Below are positions 26,553 to 39,655 of a DNA stretch of 64,000 nucleotides, in pieces. Source of the DNA: Octopus bimaculoides (Eukaryota); contig NC_068993.1 of NCBI RefSeq assembly GCF_001194135.2, positions 47,691,169 to 47,755,168 on the forward strand, given 5' to 3'. How positions within the stretch are numbered: the stretch's first letter is position 1; every line of letters starts with the position of its first letter. The notes under the pieces were generated by a model. That model saw nothing but the letters and a program-made list of their open reading frames with translations. It did no database searches and was not told where the DNA came from. The position numbers and the translations under genes are program-made.

Positions 26553-28334
26553 NNNNNNNNNNNNNNNNNNNNNNNNNNNNNNNNNNNNNNNNNNNNNNNN
26601 NNNNNNNNNNNNNNNNNNNNNNNNNNNNNNNNNNNNNNNNNNNNNNNNNNNNNNNNNNNNNNNNNNNNNNNNNNNNNNNNNNNNNNNNNNNNNNNNNNNN
26701 NNNNNNNNNNNNNNNNNNNNNNNNNNNNNNNNNNNNNNNNNNNNNNNNNNNNNNNNNNNNNNNNNNNNNNNNNNNNNNNNNNNNNNNNNNNNNNNNNNNN
26801 NNNNNNNNNNNNNNNNNNNNNNNNNNNNNNNNNNNNNNNNNNNNNNNNNNNNNNNNNNNNNNNNNNNNNNNNNNNNNNNNNNNNNNNNNNNNNNNNNNNN
26901 NNNNNNNNNNNNNNNNNNNNNNNNNNNNNNNNNNNNNNNNNNNNNNNNNNNNNNNNNNNNNNNNNNNNNNNNNNNNNNNNNNNNNATATATATATATACA
27001 CACATATATGTATATATGTGTGTGTGTGTATGTATGTGTGTGTAAATGTATTTACAGATAAATACATAGATACAGACGCACGCATCCCACCCTACATGAG
27101 CAGACATGTAGAGAGATTGATAACTGTAGATATTAATACATATGCATATGTGTATGTATTTATACGTATATCCAGATACATAAATGTGCACGTGCGAGCG
27201 CGTTTATGCGTAAAACCTGCATGCATACGTATCCATTTTTATGCCTAAGTATCAGATACATAAATATGTAAGGGATTATTGATAAACTCCTTTCTGTCTG
27301 TTAGACTGTGTATTATTTCGTTTGTTAGCATTATGTGTTTACTTAATATTTTTCTTGGTGTGTCTTTTTGGAAACTGGTGTGCGTGATTGTGATAGTGTA
27401 TGTGTTTGTGTATACGTGATGCGTAGAGCTCTGAGTAAAACAAAGCATTTTCAATTATATATTTGCCTGTTTCGTAATAAATTTTGCGAGCTATACTGTC
27501 ATTTCTATAAACAGCTTAAGGAAAATAAGTTACTTTTGCTTGGCGGGGTTCACGAACGATGCCGATCACTTACAAGGCTCTGCAATGAAACATTATTGAA
27601 ATACTAATATGGTTCAAGACTCTTATAGGAAGATTTCAGAATCTCCAGTCGATATGTAACTTGTTATATTACATAAAACTCGGTCATTTATCATACTGTA
27701 ACAGAAAAAAAAAAAATTAGAATCATATGATGTGGGGAGTGAGAATTTCTTAACTGAAATCGTTTTTCGTTTTGTTATTTAGCTCTTGCTCAACACTTAC
27801 CGAGCAGTACAACAATCCAGTGAATTCCAACGAAGAGCAGTCTAACACTGACTCGGGGGCCGAACATTCAGTTATCTAATATCTTCTCTTAACTTAAAGT
27901 AGACACATGACCTAATGTTAGGTGTGTTGCACTTACAATCTTACGATTGTAGTTTCGATTCGCACAGCGCGTGTGCACGGTCGTCTTGAGTAAAACAATC
28001 AATTTCTGATTACACCAGCCGAATCGACTCTCAAGGATTTCCCGCAATAGATGAGAAGTTCACTTTGCGTTGGACTGGTGTCTCGTTCAGTGCGGGTGGG
28101 TGGCTTTAGGTGTTCAACGCTCAGCAAATCATACACCAAATAAACCGCACCGAACTCTGACATGATGAAAACTATGCATCGGGATATGTCAAAGTCTTTC
28201 CATAAGAAGAGGAGAGTGTGACCAGAAGGAGAGTTGGCAGGTATTCTGGAAGATCAAGTAATCAAATTAAATCTTTTGATCTTTGTCTCTTAACGTCATT
28301 CTCTTTGGTGTATGAGTTGTAACAAAAATTCTCT

Positions 28335-28577
28335 TGAGTCACGCCGGCTCACAAGGGCCGATTTCCTGCTTTCATGGTGGTTTCCCAGTTTCATTCCGCA
28401 ACTGGACGGGACGTCGGTGCGTCGCAGGATTACTCATGTTTGCCAGCTGAGGGGAATGGAGCAACGTGAAATGAAATGTTCTCTTCAAGAATACAACGCA
28501 TCGCCCGCTTCATGAATCGAAACTATAATCTTACGATCAGAAATCCAATATCCTAACCACTGAGCCACGCGCATCCG
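28335..28577 (-). mobile_element. SINE family C
   Basis: Homologous to 19400-19649. Confidence 0.85.
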
Positions 28578-29040
28578 CAGGGTAAACGAATTTGTGAGAA
28601 TGCATATTCGTTTGAGTGATTGCATGGATGTTATTTTTTTTCTTTTATATAAATTTGTTGTGTGTTTCTCCTTAGAGGGATTGGTGTGTTTATTTGAAGG
28701 AGTGCCTTCATTATTATCATTGCGAAGAGACAGAATATTTCCTTCTAAATGCATAACCAAAATGTCTTCTATTATCTGCAATATTTCTTAGATTTTTCAG
28801 TTGAGTCTACAGAAATTATTTCATCGTGCAATTAAAAATGTTTTTACTAAAACTGGTGAAACAATATATTTTATTGACATGAAGTAAAAAAGAGGACAAT
28901 AGCACAGACGTGCAAACTCGTACAGATACACATATGCTTACATACTCACAGATAAGCAACAACACATATTCATAGATATATAGACGCATGGTTGTTTATG
29001 CATCGGCTATCAGATAAAAACAATCAACGAAACTGTATCG

Positions 29041-29085
29041 CTTCACTGATGATATATCTGAAAATCCGCAAATAGCTATAGAGTG
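29041..29085 (+). ncRNA. Degenerate hammerhead-like motif
   Basis: CTGATGA ... G(C)AA ATAGCTAT A. Intact first core strand and palindromic stem III, but an insertion in GAAA and a weak stem I. Confidence 0.3.
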
Positions 29086-29575
29086 TATATAAACATTACC
29101 AAGAAGATTGGAGTGGGCAATGCGCTCTATTACATAATTCTACAATTGTTTAATCGACGCTTTATCAGAAGTTTATTGCTGGAATATTATTCTGTAATAT
29201 ACGAAAGAGTACATAGAATTTGTATTATGATACTAATACTGGAAGTTACCGACTCTTCAGGTCGATGACTAAAGCAATTTACAGAAGAAAAACCTAATTT
29301 CACAAAATATAAAAACCTCGTTGATGGGGTGCATATTATTTCACTCGTATACCAATGATTTAACAAACAAACAAGTACTTAATAAACCATGCGCCCAGAA
29401 CAACCGTGTAAGAAATCGATGATATCGAAAAGAACAAGAGAATAAAGGGAATATATATTAATAAATATATAAGCAAATAAAAATAAATGAACCGATAAAG
29501 ACGATAAGATATTTGTGTGTCTCCAGAATCGCCCAGTCCATCTATCAACAACGTCTTTCATACATGATACACACA

Positions 29576-29651
<76 letters not shown>

Positions 29652-32600
29652 NNNNNNNNNNNNNNNNNNNNNNNNNNNNNNNNNNNNNNNNNNNNNNNNN
29701 NNNNNNNNNNNNNNNNNNNNNNNNNNNNNNNNNNNNNNNNNNNNNNNNNNNNNNNNNNNNNNNNNNNNNNNNNNNNNNNNNNNNNNNNNNNNNNNNNNNN
29801 NNNNNNNNNNNNNNNNNNNNNNNNNNNNNNNNNNNNNNNNNNNNNNNNNNNNNNNNNNNNNNNNNNNNNNNNNNNNNNNNNNNNNNNNNNNNNNNNNNNN
29901 NNNNNNNNNNNNNNNNNNNNNNNNNNNNNNNNNNNNNNNATATATGAACTATGAATTTCGATAAAACTATTGGAAACACGTGTGTAATTTGACCACAAAT
30001 AAGATTGGTTGTGACAATGATAGCAAAAACAACAGGCTTCCTGACTATAGAATGATGCGGTTTTCTTTCTGAGACTGAACAAAGAGGATAACAGTTAATA
30101 TTTTGAAACTAGAAATAAAAGTCAAAGAACATTTGTGTTTTCAAATAAGCTTTAATATCGCACAGTGCTTTCTAACAAATAAACAATATTATTGCATACT
30201 ATTATATTTCCTCTTATTTTGATCCCGTAATGATTTTAAATATTTACACAATTATCAGATAATTTTCTTGGTTTGGGATTTATTACGCCATGGACAGGTC
30301 TAGCTCTCTTTTTTTTTTCGTATGGAGACATTCACAAATATAGCTATAAAACCGTCAGTTACCATTTAAGCAAAATGCGTTTCAACATGAAAATAGATGA
30401 AAGCCATTGACTATTGCAAAATTTCAATGAAAAATTTCTCGAAACAACTGCAATTGCGACAATCGTTGCCATTATCAATCTCCATTAAACGGTCTGGTTA
30501 TCCAAAAGCAACACGCAACAGACTGTCATTGAATCGCTGATGATATCAATAGTGAATGAGCTTTTATCAATTATGTATCGTAAAACTACAAAAGTCTTGC
30601 TTAAATTTATTGTTTAAGGTAACCGAATTCACCAAAAGTTGGAACGGAGAAGTAGGAAAGAATGGAAAATGCTTTGAGACTGAGTATTGTTAATACACTC
30701 AGATGGATCTCTCATTAATTTTGGCGTATGGAAGATATTTAAATAATGAAATGCTAATGCAATCCAAGAGGAGATACTTTTTATTGTTAAAATAGAGTAA
30801 AACACAAAAGTTGCGGCTATCATTAAATTTCTTCATAAGTCATATTTTTTGTGAAAGCAATATTCTCATTGATAAAACTCTTGTTGTAGATCTCTCGGTT
30901 CTGAGTATGTTTCTATGGGAATTACATAACTTATTTACGAAAAGAAACTCCAAATCCCATTTAGATTCACCGCATGTCTCATTGTAAAAAATTGCATTCG
31001 ATGCTTTAGTATGCAATGAAGATAATCCTTGAAAAAGAAGATTAACATTTCAGGAAAATGTGCGTTGAAATGAAGAAGAATGCAACAGATTACTCTTATA
31101 TTGACAACTACAATAGCTTTTCAATGACATTAGTTTGTCCAAACTTAAGAAATAGTTTGACAATATACTAAAATATCTTCAAAGTTAAAACTTAGTATCA
31201 AGAGCAATTGATTAAAAAGTTGAAAATACTTTTTAATGACTTTTATTCTGCAGTTTCAAGAGGTAATATGACCCGCAATGACGCGAAACATGTCATTTGT
31301 TATTTTAAATGAGAAAATTCAATGTTATCATTACCACGTTCCATGTGTAACTTTACATCATTTCCCAATGAAACAATGTTTTTGAAATCACTGCAATTAC
31401 GACAATAGTTGTCATTATCAATCTCCATTTTACAGTTTGATATCCAAAAGTAACACACAACAGACTGTCGTTAAACCAATAGTGCATGAGGCTTTGTCAA
31501 TTGTGTATCCTGTGGAAACTTTACACAACGGTTATAGGAGGTTTTAGCGAACAATTTCTTTTCGCTGGAAATTCAATCAAGATTTGAAGACATGATTAAT
31601 ATATTGATGTTTTATCTTCATTGTTGATGACGATCCGAAGTTAGTTTTGAGCACCTCACGGTGCAAAATGATCTTGAAACCGAAATGTCACACAAACTCT
31701 TTTACGTTGGTAAAAAACATGTTACTGCCGTACGCATGAAATTTTCGAAACGTCAGTTGTTTCTCTCGTGTGTTACCTCGTATCTTGGAAAACCGGGTTC
31801 TTCAGGTTTTAAATAATGACAAAATTTCCACAGTGCTGCCAAGACGTAATACCTGCCTACCATTATCGAAATTCTATCAAAACTTTTAGTTCTCGTTAAA
31901 AAACACCTTTATAAAGGAATAGAGAAAGTGAGTGATGCTATTATATGACATCAGGTTTCTGTGCTTGATGTTTCTATTACTATAATGTTAGCCATATATA
32001 AATAGATATATCGAGAAAAGAAGACATCATATTTCTTTCCTAAATTAATTCATAGAGTAGTATAATATTTTGCATTAAAGCTCCAAGAGTGATCAAATAT
32101 ATTTTCTTTAAACTTAGCTAAAATCGTTTAATCTACTCGTTGTCAAATTAATGTAAATTTTGAGAGTTCTAATTTTCAATTTTTGAAATTAATTTTATGG
32201 TAAAATATATAATGGATTAATAAGCAGAGAAAATAACATAGATTTCGACACGAAAAACATGTTTATTATAGAGCGCAGTCAAGTATCTCTAAATTAAATT
32301 GAAAAAAGTGTATTTAATTCATCAATAGACGTCGAAGAAATTGCAACAAGATCAGCTTCTAGTTACAATGTATCGACGTACTAATGAAAGAAACGCACAT
32401 TGTATAAGTCCCCAGTATATAAGACTGAGAACTTTCTATTAGAATAGAAAGTGAGATAAAACAGAAAATAAGCAGAATATTTTTCGCTCCCTCAGTTTCA
32501 GAAATAAAAATAAAATACAGTAACCGTCCCATAAAAATCGACTAACATCTATGGTAGATTCGACGCAGAAGCAATTCGTTTATATAAGTTTTGAAATGTC

Positions 32601-33523
32601 CTATTGTACATAATAAAACTACGTCTCAAGTCACAATATTTCTTAACTTCGGAAGGATTCTTAATTCAATGATAAGTTGAAAATTACATCTACCATGTTT
32701 TCAAATATCTACAAACCACGAACATAGTTGGACGGAAGGTATATTGGCTTACTTTTGAATTGTTTGAAGACTATGAAAAAAAACAAGTCGATTATCAATC
32801 GATTATCAATGAAATGCATATCAGTTAATAAAATTGCCATAAAAGCAAAATACTTAAGGTAATAGATTACAAAGTCATGTAGTAAATGCTTGTGTTAGAT
32901 GTCGTATATCTGCAACACAGTTGCAAAAGTGTATGTACAAATAATCATTTTGTGTATCATAAAGATATCATAATCATATTTACAAAGAAAATAGAAAAAG
33001 AATAGAATGGAAAGAAAAATATTATATAAGGTTCATGCGGGAATATATCATTAATAATGTGTTTTTCCGGACAGTTTGTTTCTGTTTTCAATAGAAGTTA
33101 TTATACAAGTCCATAAACAAACAATTTATTTATGAGATTGAAATGACCTATCGAGCAATCTCATAATTTAAGAGAGAAAGAATGGCATCAAAATAAATTT
33201 GCCAGAAATATTCAAAGTGGGACTGTTACAATTCGTAAAGGAGATAACAGAATTATTTGCCATCTCCAGGAAACATTGGGAATGTTTATAATCATTTTAT
33301 AATGATTATTTGAATTAAACTTTGATGATCAGCACAACAGAGATTATTTTGACATCGAGCCTATAAGAGAGCTTCCATTAGATTTCTATATATGTAAGTA
33401 ATAGCAGCTAAATTTCTGGAAATAGTTCGTTACACTGTCTTATAATAAAAACTACGTTAATCCAGTCTTACGTATATGGATGCGAATATGTGTACAAATA
33501 TGCATACCTAGAAATACACACAT

Positions 33524-33559
<36 letters not shown>

Positions 33560-34638
33560 NNNNNNNNNNNNNNNNNNNNNNNNNNNNNNNNNNNNNNNNN
33601 NNNNNNNNNNNNNNNNNNNNNNNNNNNNNNNNNNNNNNNNNNNNNNNNNNNNNNNNNNNNNNNNNNNNNNNNNNNNNNNNNNNNNNNNNNNNNNNNNNNN
33701 NNNNNNNNNNNNNNNNNNNNNNNNNNNNNNNNNNNNNNNNNNNNNNNNNNNNNNNNNNNNNNNNNNNNNNNNNNNNNNNNNNNNNNNNNNNNNNNNNNNN
33801 NNNNNNNNNNNNNNNNNNNNNNNNNNNNNNNNNNNNNNNNNNNNNNNNNNNNNNNNNNNNNNNNNNNNNNNNNNNNNNNNNNNNNNNNNNNNNNNNNNNN
33901 NNNNNNNNNNNNNNNNNNNNNNNNNNNNNNNNNNNNNNNNNNNNNNNNNNNNNNNNNNNNNNNNNNNNNNNNNNNTATATATATACATATATAATTTTAT
34001 TATCTGAGGAATTCCAGTCACTCAGAAACCAAGAGTTTCTTACTAATGTACTTGTCAAAGAGTTTGGTGTAAATAATGACACTTATAGGATGTCTTGTGA
34101 ATCTTGGACTTCACCTAGCTTCAGCTCGTCTTTTTCGAAACTGCATTTTGAAACATGTGTAAATTTTCGTTTCGATTCTCTTATGTATTGATATGCATAC
34201 AGGAAATCTTTAGGCTACAAAGTTTTCTATAACTTCACATTATTTTAATTATACTCTCCTAAATGCATTTTTCTAAGGCTTGAAATTCCCTTACAGGTAC
34301 AAGACGAATTTGATTCTAAACACATCCATCCAAAAATAAAAAATAAAAGAAAAAAATTAAAGCACACACATACTAACAAGCCTACACACACATACACACA
34401 CTCACACAAACTAACAGAAAACAATTACTAACGCAGTAGCCAATTTCCATCGAAGAATTCCAAGGAAAATACCAAACAAACACATTACTAACGTAGCAAC
34501 AATTTCCCGATGAAAAACAAGGCGAAAATTTACAAAGAAAACATTAAAATAAATACGACTTTTGTATTTCTAATAAACGAATGGAAACAACATGAAATAA
34601 TATACGCGTGCGTGCGTGTGTGTGTGTGTATGTGTGCA

Positions 34639-34678
<40 letters not shown>

Positions 34679-34859
34679 ATTAATCAAAGGCGAAGGCTAA
34701 CAAATATTTTAACTCTGAAACTTTTGCAGAAATGTCAACTAGAAAAGATACAAACAAAAACAAACAAAAATACTACAATTATAAAGGTTACTTCAGGGCA
34801 ATTAAAGCAAAGTAGTGAAGAAAAAATATTTAAATAATACATTAAAAATTAAATAGAAT

Positions 34860-35033
34860 AATAATAATTGTTATGGTATTAACAGTAGTAGAAATAATAA
34901 TAATAACAGCAATAATAGCAGTCGTTGTAGTAATAATAATAATCATCATAGTTGTAATGATAATAACATTAATAATAATATAATATATAGCAGGAGCAGC
35001 AGTAGTAGTGGTAGTAGCAGGATAGTCGTAGTG

Positions 35034-35079
<46 letters not shown>

Positions 35080-35080
35080 A
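34860..35080. repeat. Degenerate (AAT)/(TAG)n microsatellite
   Basis: Triplet mosaic ending in a perfect TAG run. Confidence 0.9.
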
Positions 35081-36189
35081 TTTCTTTTATTTTCCACGGG
35101 GTCATTAGATGAGAATAATGTCATAAAATAATCTAATACAACCAAGCTTTTAGCTAATCATTATATATATATATATATATANNNNNNNNNNNNNNNNNNN
35201 NNNNNNNNNNNNNNNNNNNNNNNNNNNNNNNNNNNNNNNNNNNNNNNNNNNNNNNNNNNNNNNNNNNNNNNNNNNNNNNNNNNNNNNNNNNNNNNNNNNN
35301 NNNNNNNNNNNNNNNNNNNNNNNNNNNNNNNNNNNNNNNNNNNNNNNNNNNNNNNNNNNNNNNNNNNNNNNNNNNNNNNNNNNNNNNNNNNNNNNNNNNN
35401 NNNNNNNNNNNNNNNNNNNNNNNNNNNNNNNNNNNNNNNNNNNNNNNNNNNNNNNNNNNNNNNNNNNNNNNNNNNNNNNNNNNNNNNNNNNNNNNNNNNN
35501 NNNNNNNNNNNNNNNNNNNNNNNNNNNNNNNNNNNNNNNNNNNNNNNNNNNNNNNNNNNNNNNNNNNNNNNNNNNNNNNNNNNNNNNNNNNNNNNNNNNN
35601 NNNNNNNNNNNNNNNNNNNNNNNNNNNNNNNNNNNNNNNNNNNNNNNNNNNNNNNNNNNNNNNNNNNNNNNNNNNNNNNNNNNNNNNNNNNNNNNNNNNN
35701 NNNNNNNACGCTAAATAAATATACTCATGGTTTATATTTAGTGGAATTATTTTTTACATCTTGTCTTGAAGAAATATATTTTTACTCACCTTTTATTTTT
35801 TTTTTAATTCTAGCAATATTAAAATAGGAATCTATGAAAGATAAGCCAATTTGCAGCGGTCGACGAGCAAACGATATTGGCAGCATCTCTATCAAACCTT
35901 GATCTAGATATTATTGTTACTTTTTATTTTTATAAGAATGAAATAAGGGCGGTTTCGTTCCTGTTGTCTATCTACCTACAACATGAATACCATTGGCATC
36001 ATGAGTACCATAGCCGGTGTCATCGTCGTCGTCGTCATCTTCTTCATTTCCCCTCGTACTCCTACTCCTAATCCCCTCCTCCTCCTCCTAGTCATTATCG
36101 TTATGATGATGATGATGTTGTTCATGATCACCACCACCAGCCTGATCGAGGTCTTCGTCGCCATCGTCATCGTTCTCGTCCTCTTGTCG

Positions 36190-36444
36190 GGTCTGTCATC
36201 ATTCTTCTTCTGATTGTTCCCCTCTCCTGCTCCTCCTGCTTCCGCTCCTCCTGCTTCTGCTCCTCCTTCTACTCCTGCTGCTCTTGCACCTCATTCTGCA
36301 TCTCTTCCTGCTCCCCCTCCTGTTCCTCCTCCTGCTCCTCCTGCTTCTATTCCTGCTCCTCCACCTGTTCCTCCACCTGCTCTTGCTCCTCATCACCATC
36401 ATCATAATCACCATCATCACCGTCATCACCACCAACACCACCAC

Positions 36445-36494
<50 letters not shown>

Positions 36495-36526
36495 CCGTCA
36501 TCACCACCACCATTACCACCAACACC

Positions 36527-36560
<34 letters not shown>

Positions 36561-36604
36561 TCATCATCATCACCGTCATCACCACCACCATTACCACCAA
36601 CACC

Positions 36605-36661
<57 letters not shown>

Positions 36662-36690
36662 GTCAGCAGCAGCAGCAGCAGCAGCATCGT
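36190..36690. repeat. Compound triplet microsatellite (CCT/GCT, CAC/CAT, CAG)
   Basis: Phase-locked triplet mosaic with higher-order repeats. Confidence 0.9.
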
Positions 36691-37870
36691 AATATACATG
36701 GTTACCAATAAACTTACAAGCAGCTTCAGTCGAAATCGCCAACAGTCGTTTCAAACTAACAGAACTGAAATAGTTCATTCAAATTACCAACAAATCTTGC
36801 GACCAAGTGCAATTTTTTGTCTGCATCCTTTCTTCAAAATCTTTCTTCCCTACATCACTGTTTCTCTATTCTTCCCCTCCCCTCTCCCTCTTTCTTTCTC
36901 TCAAGTTATATATTCTCTTTTTGCTTTGTGAAATACCCTACACGTGTTTCATTCCAGGAAGGGCAGCCTTAGGTATTTACCAGCTAACATCTCACGTCAC
37001 ACTCACTTTCAACACCTCAATCGTAATGGAGGCATGCAATAACAATGACTTTCTTCATAACTTTGAATCATTCTTTTCTTCGTCGTTAACCTTCACATTT
37101 TCTAAAATGAAGATACACTGGAGAACTATTATCTTCATTCACTAAAATTTTAGGAAAAAACTCTCGGTAATCTCGATATCAGCAACTCATTCGGTTTAGT
37201 GTTTAGTTACTCTCACCCTTTGTACATGTACACTACAACATATTTTAATGTAGTAGATGAATGTTTGCTTGAGAAATATTTGTTATTTGAGGAATAATGG
37301 AAAATTGGGTCCGTAATATTGCAACAGTTTCCGTAATTATCAATATAAAATTCTAAAGTTTCTATATGCATCAATTCATCGCGTTTGTGCAATGTATCTC
37401 AGGCGGTGAGTTTTATGATAATAAATGCCTCTCCAAATTGATAGTATTTTGGGTTAGAATATTTACTGAAATTGATTCAGTTTTTAAAATTATATTCGGT
37501 TAATTTATGATATTTTTAGATACAAAAATCTTTTAACGAAACAGAATTACGTCAAAACATTCTTTAAAATGCGAAAAAGGTGAAATAATGGTGCTTACCT
37601 AAAGCTACCCGAAAAACACTTTATGACTACATTACTAGTTTCTAGACAGAATATCTAGCACTTAATAAAAAAAAAATAGCCATTCTTCAACGTTACACTG
37701 ATTTCTCTGTTACTTCATTTTGATTTCGTATGAGTTTATGTAGGACTACATGTATATGTTTGTCTGGGTATGTATGTGTACGTATGTATATAATCAAATA
37801 CATAATCATGCATACATATATGTATGAATGTGTGCGTATGATTGAGTGCATGTGTGTATGGCTATGTATT

Positions 37871-37914
<44 letters not shown>

Positions 37915-38114
37915 NNNNNNNNNNNNNNNNNNNNNNNNNNNNNNNNNNNNNNNNNNNNNNNNNNNNNNNNNNNNNNNNNNNNNNNNNNNNNNNNNNNNNN
38001 NNNNNNNNNNNNNNNNNNNNNNNNNNNNNNNNNNNNNNNNNNNNNNNNNNNNNNNNNNNNNNNNNNNNNNNNNNNNNNNNNNNNNNNNNNNNNNNNNNNN
38101 NNNNNNNNNNNNNN

Positions 38115-38186
<72 letters not shown>

Positions 38187-38612
38187 TGAGAAAAAAGTGT
38201 GAGAGAAGGAAACAGTAGGAAGAGAAAGAGGAGAGAAAGAAAAGTTACACAAATACAAACCATGAAATTGGGCACAAATATATTTTTTTCGCCATTACTT
38301 AAGTCTCCACTGTTTCGCTGTGAACTGCAACTTCCAAATAGACAGTCAGTAATATCATATAGTTTAATACGATTAAATACACAAGTAAAAGAGAACATCC
38401 ATCATCGTGAGTGACAACTTCATGTTGAGAGTGAAACAAACAGCAGTAACGGAATCTAGGATTTGATTTGCTTCGAAAAAGTATCTTAATGGCAATGGAT
38501 GTACAGAAGAGAAATTCTCACCGGACGTTACACTCAAGATTTCCGTGTCGCTGACATGATTCACTAATTGCATAAATGCGTTGAAATATGTATATATTCA
38601 TATATACATATT

Positions 38613-38643
<31 letters not shown>

Positions 38644-38663
38644 ATTCACACATATGTATTCAC

Positions 38664-38707
<44 letters not shown>

Positions 38708-38944
38708 NNNNNNNNNNNNNNNNNNNNNNNNNNNNNNNNNNNNNNNNNNNNNNNNNNNNNNNNNNNNNNNNNNNNNNNNNNTACACATACAAACAAGCAA
38801 ACAAAAACATGTACGAGAATGGGCTGTAAAGCTCATTGGCTGTCTATGAAGGTGTGATTCTAGTTCTGTGAAATGTTGCTTGCTATATTTTCAACTCTTT
38901 TGGCTAATAATTGCATTGCTTCTTTCCAGGTAAATAGATATCTG

Positions 38945-39095
38945 ACTGGTCAAAGAAGAATTCAAATCTCCGGATTTCGCCCCATCTCATAATCATCTGT
39001 TCTCCAACATGGAAAAGCTCTCGGGTGGGTACCAGCATCACCATGATGATAATCTCGACCAAGAATATGAAACCTTTTTCCTCAATGTGCATTAT
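38945..39095 (+). pseudogene. Mariner transposase C-terminal relic
   Basis: KSPDFAPSHNHLFSNMEKLSGG...DQEYETFF matches YSPDLAPSDYHLF. Confidence 0.7.
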
Positions 39096-39319
39096 GATGT
39101 TATAAAAGATTGGCCTCTTCTGGTCATAGTGGCTGCTATTTTTTGGCCTCACTCGAATGGAGAATTTATTCCGACTGAATGGTAAGCTTTTAGTCGTTTT
39201 GTTTAACTATGTGGTGTATGTTGTTCTAAAAATAGTTTCAACCTGGTCACTGGAAGAATTTGCTGTCTAGAAACTAGGTCATGTAACTATTCCACACTTA
39301 TTGGTTGATTTAATAAACT

Positions 39320-39655
39320 CTTTAGATGCGTGTTTTCTATCATAGCACCGGGCCGTCCAATGTACTATGGTGATATTGTTAGACAGAAACCATCTGGAAG
39401 CCCAACGTGGATAAATATTTGTGAATGTATGTGCCTGTGAATCTTTCCGTTGGTGTTAGTTTTCCCAAACTACCTGACAACCGCTGTTTGCTTGTTTAAT
39501 TCTCTATAACCAAGCGGTTCAGCTTGAGGATCTGATAGAATAAGTATCAGAATTGCAGAACACGAATACTGGGCTAGATATGTTGGAGTAAATCTGTCAA
39601 GGTGTTAGCCGAATATGGCCGCAATCCAATGAGTGAAACGGCTAAAAGATAAAAG
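39320..39655 (+). mobile_element. SINE family B, old diverged copy
   Basis: atagcaccgggcc...gatagaataagt...atggccgcaatc...gaaac, collinear with the family B copy at 59918-60298. Confidence 0.6.

Noticed and set aside
38930-39181. Apparent 250-nt exon with strong ttccag acceptor and TG|gtaagc donor
   Set aside because: All frames from the acceptor hit a stop, and the open part is a mariner SPDLAPSDYHLF relic.
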